A stretch of DNA of 64,000 bases from Marinicella sp. (GTDB lineage Bacteria > Pseudomonadota > Gammaproteobacteria > Xanthomonadales > Marinicellaceae): assembly GCA_965230295.1 (NCBI GenBank), contig OZ246001.1:2016001-2080000 (forward strand), read 5' to 3'. Shown piece by piece: positions 38,025-47,350 of this stretch. The position numbers and the translations under genes are program-made. The notes beneath the pieces are model-generated. The model had not been told where the DNA came from and did not search any database. It saw only the letters and a list, made by a program, of their open reading frames with translations. Each line of letters begins with the position of its first letter. The stretch's first letter is position 1.

Positions 38025-41000
38025 TTACCCTGGATTAGGGCTGCCTTCATCCATCAAGGTCCTCATATTGATGTAATTGAGTGCTGTTTCTTCGGCAGCC
38101 AAGCGTGCTTCCTCTCCACTGAAGTATGATTTTTGGTAATTTTCGGAACTGTCTACCAATTGACCTTGTTGGTCCGCTACTTGCCAATACCACTCATCAC
38201 TGTTGATTCGTTTGGCATGTAGCTTGATGCCTTTCCACACGGCCTGACAGTCGTCTTCCAGATTACCAGACCACTTGATGGTCAATTCATCGTCATCGGT
38301 GCTGTGGTGCTTCATGAATTGTCGGTACAACACCGGTATCATGAACAAGGTCAATAAGGAAGAAAAGGCCAGGCCGAACACGATTGATGAAGCCACCGGT
38401 CCCCACAACAATGATTTACCACCCAAACCTGCTGCCAAAGAAAACAGGCCTGCAATGGTTGTGGTGGTGGTCATGATGATGGGCACCACGCGACGGCGTG
38501 CGGCATAAACCGTGGCATGCAAAGGTCGCTTACCCGCATGGATGCGCTCATTGGCTGCGGAGATCAACACAATGGCTCCATTGACCGCAATCCCGGTCAG
38601 TGCAATGATGCCATACAAGGTGTACAAGCTCAGCGGGTTGTTGGTGATGAACAAGCCAAACACCACCCCGGTGAATGCCATCGGTACGGTGACCATGATC
38701 AGGAAGGGTTGGAAGTAACTGCGCATTTCAGTGGCCAGGATCAAATAAATCAAACCCAATCCAAGTAAAAAGAGGGCACCCATGGCGCCTAAACTTTCGT
38801 TCACATCATCCAATTCTCCAGAGAAATCCAAGTCGGTGTTGGGAAACTGGTGTTTGATTTCATCCCAGGCAGCGACAATTTCATTGTTGATTTTTGCGGT
38901 GTTAGTCAATTCTGGAATGATCTCAGCTTCTACCGTGATGGCCCGTCTGAGGTTGTAATGCTTGATCGTGCTGCGGCCTTGGCCCGTACGCTGGGTGAAC
39001 AGGTTGCCCAAGGTGGTTTGACCGCCATTGGGCAGCGCCACGGGATCATCCATGATCTGATCAATGGCCTGTAAATTTCGTTTTTGAGCCCGCACGCGCA
39101 GTTCGACCTTTTCACCTTCGTCACGCATTAAGGCAACAATCTCTCCATCTAAATGCAAGCGTAAAATTCGTGAGACGGTTCCTTGATCCAGACCTAAATT
39201 ACGGATGTTTTGATGGTTCAACTCAAGCACCAGTTCAGATCGGCCCGGGACATCGTTGTCGGCCACGTCTTTGGAGCCTTCCCGGGTTTCTACGATTTGT
39301 TTGACCGCATCGGCTGCCGCCCGCAATTCCACAAAATCATCACTGCGGACTTTGACACTGACTGGCTTCCCAGCCGGTGGCCCGCCGGAGATTTCGAGGA
39401 AGGAAATGATCGCATCACCTGGGGTGTTGACCAGTGTTTCGCGCATCGCTTCAACCACATCACTGACTGAGCGGTTGTCATTGGTTTTGGGTACCATGGA
39501 AACTTGGATTTGGCCATATTGGTCGCCAAACAAAATTTCTATTTCGGTGAACTTGATACCGGCCAAGGAAGTGATGGCCCTGATTTCTTCTTCTTCAACG
39601 AACTGTCGCAACCTTTTCTCGACTTCAATGGTCTGGGCCAGGGTTTGTTCCAGGGGTGTGTTGGACGGCATGTCCACATTGACATAAAACAAACGGAATG
39701 GATCAAAAGTAAAGAACTCGGTTTTGACCTTTTCTTTTTGCATGATGGCAATGGCGCCAAAGAAGCACAGGATGCCGAAGATGATGATGACGTAGGGTCT
39801 ACGCATCATGAAACACAGGATTTGGGTGTACTTGGTGCGCAGTTTGCGGGTCCAGTTGGTGCGCCAATTTTGCATCCTGGCAGCACCCAATTGAAATGAC
39901 TTCTGGATCGGTTGTTTAACCACTTTGAAGCCAGATGCCAGGTATTTGACGGGATTGAGTCGACTGCGAACTTTGATCGGTTTGCGTTTGTGCTCACTTT
40001 CTTCTGTACCTATCACATGCGATGGTAAAATCCAAAAAGCTTCGATCAAACTGATGGCCAGACCCAAAGTCACTACAAATGGAATGACAAACATGAAAGC
40101 GCCCAAAATGCCAGGCAGCAGCATCAAAGGCAGGAATGCTGCCATGGTGGTGAGCACGCCAGCAGTCACGGGAGCGCCGACTTCGCGCAAGGAATCAAGT
40201 GAGGCAGTCAGCGCATCAGCACCCCGCTGCATGCGGTAAAAAATGGCTTCAACCACCACCACTGCATCATCCACCAACATCCCCAAAACAATCACAATAC
40301 CAAGCAGCACCGACACATTCAGGGTGTTACCGGTCATGTTCAAAACCCACAGAGTTCCGGTGATGGAAAACACAATACCTAATGTCACAAAGAAAGCAAT
40401 TTTGAAACCCAAAAACAACCAGCACACAATCAACACCAAGATCAAACCCAGTCCGGCATTGGTTTGCATGATCGAGAGTGCGGCTCGGGTTTGAATGGTT
40501 TGATCATCGGCCAAGACCAGCTTAATGCCCATGCCAGCAACTTGTTCATTTTTTTCTTCAATGTAGGCATTGATGCGGTCGACCAGTTGCAAAGTGTTGA
40601 CCATGGATACTTTGGTCACAGCCATAGAAACGGCCGGCTTGCCTTGGTACGCTGCCAGTTGCGAAGCATCTTCTCTGCTGCGAGAAATGGTGGCGACATT
40701 GTCTAATGTTACGGCAGAATCGCCGATGGCAGGCAGTTGAATTTGTGCCACCAGGTCCGGTTGGTCAGTGGTGCCAGCCACCCGCACCAACCATTCGTTA
40801 CCAGCGACTTGGGCGCTGCCCGCTGAAACATCTCTGAATGCACCACGGACTGTTTCAGCCAGTTGGGCGGCATTCAAGCCATGAGCTGCCAGTAGATCTG
40901 GATCAAACTCAACATGCAATTCCGGGTCATGCAAACCTGAAGGCGTGACTTGATCAACACCACGCAATCCCTCTAAATCTTCTTTGACTTTTCTGGCCTG

Positions 41001-41474
41001 GGATCTGAGCACTTCGTCGTCAGCCTGTCCGGTGACGACCACCAAAGCGGTTGGAAAGCCATTGGATGTGGTCAATTCAAGAATCAACGGATCATCGGCA
41101 TCATCAGGTAATTCGGCACTGGCTTTGTTTTGGATTTCACGCCTGAGGTCATTGATTCGCTTATCGAAATTGCGTTCGCCAATGTCACGAAAGCGCACCA
41201 GGATGTTAGACACAGATTCACGTGAAGTTGAATTGGTGAAACTGATGTCCTGAACATTTTTGATCGAATCTTCTAAGGGTGCTGTAACCAATTTTTCGAC
41301 ATCTTCAGCCGATGCACCCGGCAGTACAGTGTTGATGTTGACCCAGTAAAAATTGATTTCAGGGTCTTGTTCGCGCGGCATGATGAAGTATGACATCAAG
41401 CCCATGGCCACCACCACAGTGAACATGATGTTGACCAGCGGGTGGTTGGTGAGTAATCGTGACATGATTTTCAT
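38025..41474 (-). CDS. RND efflux transporter permease (AcrB/AcrD/AcrF superfamily) with C-terminal extension
   Basis: PGASAEDVEKLVT, GMLVDDAVVVVE, 12 TM pattern, RRRVVPIIMTT. Confidence 0.93.
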   Translation of the reverse strand: MKIMSRLLTNHPLVNIMFTVVVAMGLMSYFIMPREQDPEINFYWVNINTVLPGASAEDVEKLVTAPLEDSIKNVQDISFTNSTSRESVSNILVRFRDIGERNFDKRINDLRREIQNKASAELPDDADDPLILELTTSNGFPTALVVVTGQADDEVLRSQARKVKEDLEGLRGVDQVTPSGLHDPELHVEFDPDLLAAHGLNAAQLAETVRGAFRDVSAGSAQVAGNEWLVRVAGTTDQPDLVAQIQLPAIGDSAVTLDNVATISRSREDASQLAAYQGKPAVSMAVTKVSMVNTLQLVDRINAYIEEKNEQVAGMGIKLVLADDQTIQTRAALSIMQTNAGLGLILVLIVCWLFLGFKIAFFVTLGIVFSITGTLWVLNMTGNTLNVSVLLGIVIVLGMLVDDAVVVVEAIFYRMQRGADALTASLDSLREVGAPVTAGVLTTMAAFLPLMLLPGILGAFMFVIPFVVTLGLAISLIEAFWILPSHVIGTEESEHKRKPIKVRSRLNPVKYLASGFKVVKQPIQKSFQLGAARMQNWRTNWTRKLRTKYTQILCFMMRRPYVIIIFGILCFFGAIAIMQKEKVKTEFFTFDPFRLFYVNVDMPSNTPLEQTLAQTIEVEKRLRQFVEEEEIRAITSLAGIKFTEIEILFGDQYGQIQVSMVPKTNDNRSVSDVVEAMRETLVNTPGDAIISFLEISGGPPAGKPVSVKVRSDDFVELRAAADAVKQIVETREGSKDVADNDVPGRSELVLELNHQNIRNLGLDQGTVSRILRLHLDGEIVALMRDEGEKVELRVRAQKRNLQAIDQIMDDPVALPNGGQTTLGNLFTQRTGQGRSTIKHYNLRRAITVEAEIIPELTNTAKINNEIVAAWDEIKHQFPNTDLDFSGELDDVNESLGAMGALFLLGLGLIYLILATEMRSYFQPFLIMVTVPMAFTGVVFGLFITNNPLSLYTLYGIIALTGIAVNGAIVLISAANERIHAGKRPLHATVYAARRRVVPIIMTTTTTIAGLFSLAAGLGGKSLLWGPVASSIVFGLAFSSLLTLFMIPVLYRQFMKHHSTDDDELTIKWSGNLEDDCQAVWKGIKLHAKRINSDEWYWQVADQQGQLVDSSENYQKSYFSGEEARLAAEETALNYINMRTLMDEGSPNPG

Positions 41475-41490
41475 TGTATATACCTCGTAA

Positions 41491-42486
41491 TCACTTCACG
41501 GTGATGGCTTGACCGTCTTGGAGCCTTTCGCGGCCGCCGATGATGACTTGCCAATCAGGCGTCACTTGCAGGGCCACGGGTCGGCCTTCTTGTGCACCTT
41601 CAAGCGGCATGAATTGGGCTCGTCCATTGTTGGCAATAAATACACCCAGCTGGCCTTGACGTTTGACCACCAAATCAGCTGATAGCAGTTGACCTTTGAG
41701 GTACCAAACCAACTGACCTGTCTGGCCAATCATGACGTTCTCAAGGGGTCTCAAGCGGGCCGTTTGCATGGCAGTCTGTTGTTCAATCACTGGGCTTAGG
41801 CGAATCAATTCAACCGGTACTTCCCTGTCCTTACTTTTGAACAGTGTGCGATCTGCCTGCGCCAACTGGCTGGCCAGGTGACTTGGGATTTTGGCATGGA
41901 CTTGAGGGTCTGTCTGTTGTGCCACTTTAAACATGGCCGCACCGATCACCAACAACTGTCCTTGTTGAGCTTGTCGCGCTGTGATGATGCCATCAAAAGG
42001 GGCTTTGATCTGGGTTTTTTCAGCTTTTCTGGCGGCAGATTTTTCAGCCACTTTGAAGCGCAATAAATCAGCCCTTAAAACCGCCACATCGGTTTCTCTG
42101 GCCAATAAGTCATCAGCGGAGATGTATTGACTTTGTTTCAATTCTCTGGCGCGTTTCAGACGCAATTCTGCTTGGGCCAAACGTGCTTTGGCCGCTTGGG
42201 TATTGGCTTTGGCTTGATCCAATTCTAAATTGACATCCACCACATCCATGCTGAGTAACAGTTCGCCTTGTTTAACGGCATCACCCACATCGACATGGAT
42301 GTTTGATACCACAGCGGAAATTTCTGCTGACAGTTGGCTGTCATTGAGTGCCACCAATTCGGCGTTGGCTGATAAACGGCGTTCAATCAGAACGTCTGAT
42401 AAAGGTTTTACAGTGACTGGAATGGTGGCGATTTCTTGCTGAGCATTCACTGCAAAGCTGAACATGAATAATAAAAGTAAACGCAC
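41491..42486 (-). CDS. RND periplasmic adaptor (membrane fusion protein)
   Basis: Lipoyl halves VDVGDAVKQGELL and IKAPFDGII; coiled hairpin; GRERLQDGQAI. Confidence 0.9.
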   Translation of the reverse strand: MRLLLLFMFSFAVNAQQEIATIPVTVKPLSDVLIERRLSANAELVALNDSQLSAEISAVVSNIHVDVGDAVKQGELLLSMDVVDVNLELDQAKANTQAAKARLAQAELRLKRARELKQSQYISADDLLARETDVAVLRADLLRFKVAEKSAARKAEKTQIKAPFDGIITARQAQQGQLLVIGAAMFKVAQQTDPQVHAKIPSHLASQLAQADRTLFKSKDREVPVELIRLSPVIEQQTAMQTARLRPLENVMIGQTGQLVWYLKGQLLSADLVVKRQGQLGVFIANNGRAQFMPLEGAQEGRPVALQVTPDWQVIIGGRERLQDGQAITVK

Positions 42487-42625
42487 TGTGTGTTCTCCGG
42501 GGGTTGATGGGTAAAACAGTCTTTGGTGTCCAATAAGTGCGTACTATTTTAATGTATTTAGGTGTATTTAGGGTTAATCCTTATAGGGAAGAACCCATTT
42601 TTTTTAATCAAAATTCCGATGGTGG

Positions 42626-43801
42626 CTAATTTTTCAATTGTAAACGGTTGCGGCCTTTTTTCTTGGCGGTATAAAGGGCTTGGTCAGCCGTTTTGATGGT
42701 TTCAGCGGTATGGGTTTTGTGGATCGAATCGGTCAGTCCTATGGAGATGGTGACTTTCACTGGTTTAGGCTTTTGGCCTTTGCGTCGATTCACAATAAAG
42801 GGTGTATTCGCGACATCATCAATGACCGCTTGCAGGTGGTCTCTGATTTCATCGGCACTGTGGTTATTGAATACGATGGTAAACTCTTCGCCGCCATATC
42901 GATAGGCATGTCCGCCACCACCAACGGCACCAATTTTCGCGGCGATCATCCGCAGCACATCATCTCCCACATCGTGACCGTAGGTGTCGTTAAATTTTTT
43001 GAAATGATCAACATCGACCATGGCCAAGGCATAAATGCCTAAACTGCGTTGTAACTTTTCTTCAAGGGCTCTGCGACCAGGCAAGGCAGTTAATTCATCG
43101 ACATAAGCCAAATGCCAGGCATTCTGCAAAGCACTGAGTAACAAGATTAACAATCCACTGCTGGCTGCCAGTATGGCGAGTATCTGGTCTGTCGTAGTGA
43201 CTAGAACCAATAAGGTCAATGCCGAAATGATCCCATTGAATGAACGCCGTTGCTGTTTCAGGATCAGCATGACCAGTAACCCCAGCAGTGCCACCAGCCA
43301 AAACAGCAAGCCCAATTGTGCTATTTCAGGGTTGGGTAAACGGATGGGATCAACCCATTGGGTGGCCAGCCATGGCATGAGCCATTCGGGTTGTCGAGCA
43401 TTTAAGCCTATAGCAAAACCCAACAATGACAGGCATGTCAGATGAATTGACCAGGCTGCCCAAGTAAACAATCCCCTTTCAGGCAGCCATTTGATTGCCA
43501 CAATGAGGCCACATCCGCCCAATAACAAGAGGTTCAGAGTCAACGATTCCCAGCCGTTTTGGTGACCTATCCATGCCGCCATCACAACCAAACCTGAATA
43601 AAACAAGTGCGCGGTGTTGAAATACAAAGCCACCACCAGCAATGAAAAGCCGATGAAGTAGGGCAGAAAGGGGGCCATTTGTTGTACAGCTGAAGGCAGT
43701 TTGGAAAAATAAAAGTAGCCGATCACCGACAGGCCGATGATAAAAAAGGCAGGGGTTATGATTTTCAGTAATTTCAAAAGCTGGTAGCCGTTAACGTGCA
43801 A
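42626..43801 (-). CDS. Membrane-anchored diguanylate cyclase
   Basis: About eight TM helices; DVDHFKKFNDTYGHDVGD, YRYGGEEF, ADQALYTAKKKGRN. Confidence 0.93.
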   Translation of the reverse strand: MHVNGYQLLKLLKIITPAFFIIGLSVIGYFYFSKLPSAVQQMAPFLPYFIGFSLLVVALYFNTAHLFYSGLVVMAAWIGHQNGWESLTLNLLLLGGCGLIVAIKWLPERGLFTWAAWSIHLTCLSLLGFAIGLNARQPEWLMPWLATQWVDPIRLPNPEIAQLGLLFWLVALLGLLVMLILKQQRRSFNGIISALTLLVLVTTTDQILAILAASSGLLILLLSALQNAWHLAYVDELTALPGRRALEEKLQRSLGIYALAMVDVDHFKKFNDTYGHDVGDDVLRMIAAKIGAVGGGGHAYRYGGEEFTIVFNNHSADEIRDHLQAVIDDVANTPFIVNRRKGQKPKPVKVTISIGLTDSIHKTHTAETIKTADQALYTAKKKGRNRLQLKN

Positions 43802-43864
43802 TCAATGATAAACACTGTGTGTTGAAAATGCTATGATTACTGATGAGCAAAAGTGGAACTCAGC

Positions 43865-44365
43865 ATGGTTAAAGAGATTTCAGATAAACAGATTGGAGGC
43901 TGTGATTGTGGACATGTGCGTTATCAAGTGAATCGTCAGCCCATCTATGTTCATTGCTGTCACTGCAGTTGGTGTCAGCGTGAATCAGGAGCCGCCTTTG
44001 CCTTGAATGCCATGGTGGAAAGCAGCGAAGTGGCGTTGTTGGCCGGGTCGCCTGTGTTGATCGATACGCCATCACCCAGTGGACGCGGACAAAAAATAGC
44101 CCGTTGCCCCCAATGTCAGGTTGCTGTTTGGAGTCATTATTCTGGTTTGGGAGAGTTACTCAGTTTTATCAAAGTGGGCACACTTGATGATGTCAACAAC
44201 ATGCCACCAGACATTCATATTTTTACTTCAACCAAGCAGGATTGGTTGGTAATACCTGATGATGGGACACCTGTTTATGAAAAATATTATGATCGAAAAG
44301 CGCTGTGGAATGAAGACCAGTTGCGACGATTTGATGACCTGCTGGAGCTGAAAAATGAAGGGTGA
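43865..44365 (+). CDS. GFA family protein
   Basis: GGCDCGHVRY, CCHCSWCQR, RCPQC, PDIHIFTSTK. Confidence 0.92.
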   Translation: MVKEISDKQIGGCDCGHVRYQVNRQPIYVHCCHCSWCQRESGAAFALNAMVESSEVALLAGSPVLIDTPSPSGRGQKIARCPQCQVAVWSHYSGLGELLSFIKVGTLDDVNNMPPDIHIFTSTKQDWLVIPDDGTPVYEKYYDRKALWNEDQLRRFDDLLELKNEG

Positions 44366-44369
44366 TTTG

Positions 44370-44705
44370 ATGCCAGAACGCCTAACCCCTGGACATGCTT
44401 TACGGCGCGTCCAGCAACACAAGCAGCCATTCATTGAGTTGTTCCAACACGGAACATTGGTGGTGGAAATGTATCAACCAGACAAAGTGGATTTACAACA
44501 GCCACACACGCGTGATGAATTGTATGTGGTGGTTGCAGGCAGTGGTTGGTTTGTTAACGGGTCGACCCGAAAACCATTTGAACCCGGCGAAGTGTTGTTT
44601 GTGCCTGCCGGTGTTGAGCATCGTTTTGAGGATTTTACCGATGACTTTGCCACATGGGTTATTTTTTATGGTCCTGAAGGGGGCGAGGCCGGATCAGAAA
44701 AATGA
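44370..44705 (+). CDS. Cupin domain protein
   Basis: QQPHTRDELYVVVAGSG, LFVPAGVEHRF, WVIFYGPEGGE. Confidence 0.9.
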   Translation: MPERLTPGHALRRVQQHKQPFIELFQHGTLVVEMYQPDKVDLQQPHTRDELYVVVAGSGWFVNGSTRKPFEPGEVLFVPAGVEHRFEDFTDDFATWVIFYGPEGGEAGSEK

Positions 44706-45154
44706 ACATCAGACTGGCCAATCAAGCTGATTTGTCTGCCTGGGTGGCGATGCGCAGCCAGTTATGGCCTGACAGCACCGATCAACATGAAGATGAAATT
44801 AAACAATATTTTGCTGGTACATCAGTCGATATTGTCAGTTGCTATGTGGTTGATGATGGCTGCGGTGAGCTGTGTGGGTTTGTGGAATTGAACATCAGGA
44901 ATTTTGCTGAAGGCAGTCGTTGTCCAAAAGTGCCTTATGTGGAAGGATGGTACATTGTGCCACAGCATCAAAATCGTGGTTTAGGCAAACAGTTGATGCA
45001 ACAAGCAGAACAATGGGCCTTGCAGCAAGGCTATCAAGAATTGGCCAGTGATACGGAATTAGACAATAACAAGAGTATTGCCATCCATAAGCAACTGGGT
45101 TTCACCGAGACGGAACGGGTGGTGTGTTTTTTAAAAAAACTGGACCATCAGTAA
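44702..45154 (+). CDS. Aminoglycoside 6'-N-acetyltransferase-like GNAT (AAC(6')-I family)
   Basis: MRSQLWP, GFVELNIRNFAEG, YVEGWYI, ELASD, HKQLGFTETERVVCF. Confidence 0.82.
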   Translation: MNIRLANQADLSAWVAMRSQLWPDSTDQHEDEIKQYFAGTSVDIVSCYVVDDGCGELCGFVELNIRNFAEGSRCPKVPYVEGWYIVPQHQNRGLGKQLMQQAEQWALQQGYQELASDTELDNNKSIAIHKQLGFTETERVVCFLKKLDHQ

Positions 45155-45187
45155 ACAACGAAACAAGGTAAAAAAGAGGATATTTCG

Positions 45188-46519
45188 ATGAAGAAAACAA
45201 TGACATTATTGATGATCCTGTTGTGGAATTTATCAGTCCAGGCAGCAGACATCAAAGCTTTGGTGGGTGGTATGTTGATTGATGGTTTCAAAGACCACCC
45301 GATCCACAATTCTGTGGTGATTATCCAGGGCAAGAAGATCGTTGCTGTGGGTGAAATGGGCGATGTTGAAATCCCGGCAGGTGCTGAGGTCATATCAACT
45401 GAAGGCATGACCGTGTTACCTGGCTTGTGGGACATGCATGTTCACCTTCAAATCAATGGGCACGCTGATTACACCCATTGGCACAGCACCTATCCCGACC
45501 GTTTTGAAAAAGAAATCATGCCCGCATCAGCCCACCAATTGTTGATGGCGGGAGTCACCACAGCTCGCGACTTGGGTGCGCCTTTAGAAACCATCATCAA
45601 TGTTCGTGATGCCATCAATCGTGGCGAAATTCCTGGCCCAACCATGTATGTATCCGGCCCATTTATCCAGAAAAAGCCTTATCCTGGTACAGAACTTTAC
45701 CGGTGGGGGGTCGACGGGCCCAGAGATGCCCGGGCCAAAGTCAAAAAACTGGCCGATGCCGGGGTTGATGTGATCAAACTGATTGATCAGGACCAAATGA
45801 CTGAAGCTGAATTGATGGCTGTTGTTGATGAGGCACATAAAAACAATTTGCCGGTGGTGGCCCATGCCCATCGGCCTAAAGAGATTTTATTGGGGCTCAA
45901 AGCAGGCGTGGACAATTTTGAGCACACCGGATTATCCACCGCACCAGAATACCCGCCTGAAGTGATGGCCGGCTTGCGTGAACGAGCCGCTCAAATGAAC
46001 ATTGGGCCATTATTCTGGACACCTACGGTTGAAGGCTTGTTCAATTATGATTATGTCAAAAACAACACCGAAAAGCTGGACAATGACAGTTGGCATTTGG
46101 ATTTGCCACAAGACATCATCGATGACATCAAATCATCCATCACCCATCCAGAGCGCTTGCCATATTTTCAAATCACCAGTAAACGCAAACCCACCTTGAA
46201 AAGAAAAATTCGCCAATTGATAGATGCCGGTGTCGTGTTAATGATTGGGACAGACAGTGGCATACCTTTGAAATTTCACAGCCAATCGACCTGGAATGAG
46301 TTGGACATTTGGGTCAGGGAAATGGGTATCTCCCCCATGGATGCCATTCGAGGTGCGACTTATTGGCCTTCGGTGATGATGAAAAAAAGTCATGAAGTGG
46401 GCACCATAACGCCGGGTAAAAATGCGGACGTCATTGCGGTGAAAGGCGATGTTCTGCGTTACATCAACTTGTTACAGAGGGTTGATATGGTTTTTAAACA
46501 TGGCAAAAGGGTCAAGTAA
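45188..46519 (+). CDS. Secreted amidohydrolase (Xaa-Pro dipeptidase-like)
   Basis: Signal peptide; PGLWDMHVH, GVTTARDLG, AHAH, FEH, GTDSG, GKNADVIAV. Confidence 0.9.
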   Translation: MKKTMTLLMILLWNLSVQAADIKALVGGMLIDGFKDHPIHNSVVIIQGKKIVAVGEMGDVEIPAGAEVISTEGMTVLPGLWDMHVHLQINGHADYTHWHSTYPDRFEKEIMPASAHQLLMAGVTTARDLGAPLETIINVRDAINRGEIPGPTMYVSGPFIQKKPYPGTELYRWGVDGPRDARAKVKKLADAGVDVIKLIDQDQMTEAELMAVVDEAHKNNLPVVAHAHRPKEILLGLKAGVDNFEHTGLSTAPEYPPEVMAGLRERAAQMNIGPLFWTPTVEGLFNYDYVKNNTEKLDNDSWHLDLPQDIIDDIKSSITHPERLPYFQITSKRKPTLKRKIRQLIDAGVVLMIGTDSGIPLKFHSQSTWNELDIWVREMGISPMDAIRGATYWPSVMMKKSHEVGTITPGKNADVIAVKGDVLRYINLLQRVDMVFKHGKRVK

Positions 46520-46521
46520 GC

Positions 46522-46792
46522 TAGGGCCTGTTAACACTAAATAAATGACGACTGTTATGACTGAAAACATCACTATCAAGGCGCGAATCGCGTGATTTGG
46601 CATGCCAATTGAGTGATGAGCAACGCAGGATGTGGTGTTTTCAGCCTTAACCCATCGGGCTGGACCGTATTTTCCACCCACCGGCCTTAGCCAATCGTTC
46701 ATGTGGAGTGACCACATATCACGATGGGTGGCGTTGTTGGCTGAAAAATACGGTTTCAGCAGTGGCCATTTATTTAGTGTTAACAGGCCCTA
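46522..46792. mobile_element. MITE with 26-bp terminal inverted repeats and TA ends
   Basis: tagggcctgttaacactaaataaatg ... catttatttagtgttaacaggcccta; internal stems ctgaaaacatcac/gtggtgttttcag and accgtatttttc/gaaaaatacggt; no transposase. Confidence 0.88.
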
Positions 46793-47017
46793 ATAACAGA
46801 AATAGTCAATTTAAAAGAAACAGAAGCACACCTACAAAGAGCCTAAGTCCTGTTGTGATGCAACGGCTGGTCTGGTCATGAACATGTGTTAACCCCCTCC
46901 CTGTGATAAAAATGTGAGAATTTCTCCACGAAATATTCATATTTGAGTTTGTATAATTTTTGCACTTTTCAATAATTATAGGCCACAAAGACCTATCTAA
47001 ATCGTGAGAACACAACA

Positions 47018-47350
47018 ATGGTAAAAAATAAATTCATCAAATATGGACTCATCAGCCTGGCTGTTTTGTCATTTCAACTTGGGGCACAAACCACCAAATC
47101 AGATCAACCCATAACACCAAAATCCCAACAAGAAATTGATGCTGTCAATCAATCACAAGCTAATTTCGAAGTTGTTAAGCACAGCGATGGCAGTGAGTCC
47201 GTGGATTTAAAAGGGCGCTTTCAAATGTATTCAGTGGCCAAAGTGGTCAACGGTGAAGTGGTTTACAGCTGTCAAAACCATGATCAGTTGGGACCCAACC
47301 ACAGCCATGCTCAAACAAAATCACCAGCTGCTAAGCGAGGTGAACAATGA
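47018..47350 (+). CDS. Small secreted protein (post-PEP-CTERM-1-like domain)
   Basis: Signal peptide; KHSDGSESVDLKGRFQMYSVAKV...YSC; overlaps the protease start (ATGA). Confidence 0.6.
   Translation: MVKNKFIKYGLISLAVLSFQLGAQTTKSDQPITPKSQQEIDAVNQSQANFEVVKHSDGSESVDLKGRFQMYSVAKVVNGEVVYSCQNHDQLGPNHSHAQTKSPAAKRGEQ

Noticed and set aside
46472-46717. 81-aa ORF as a possible MITE transposase
   Set aside because: Too short, no DDE features, and it runs across the element boundary.
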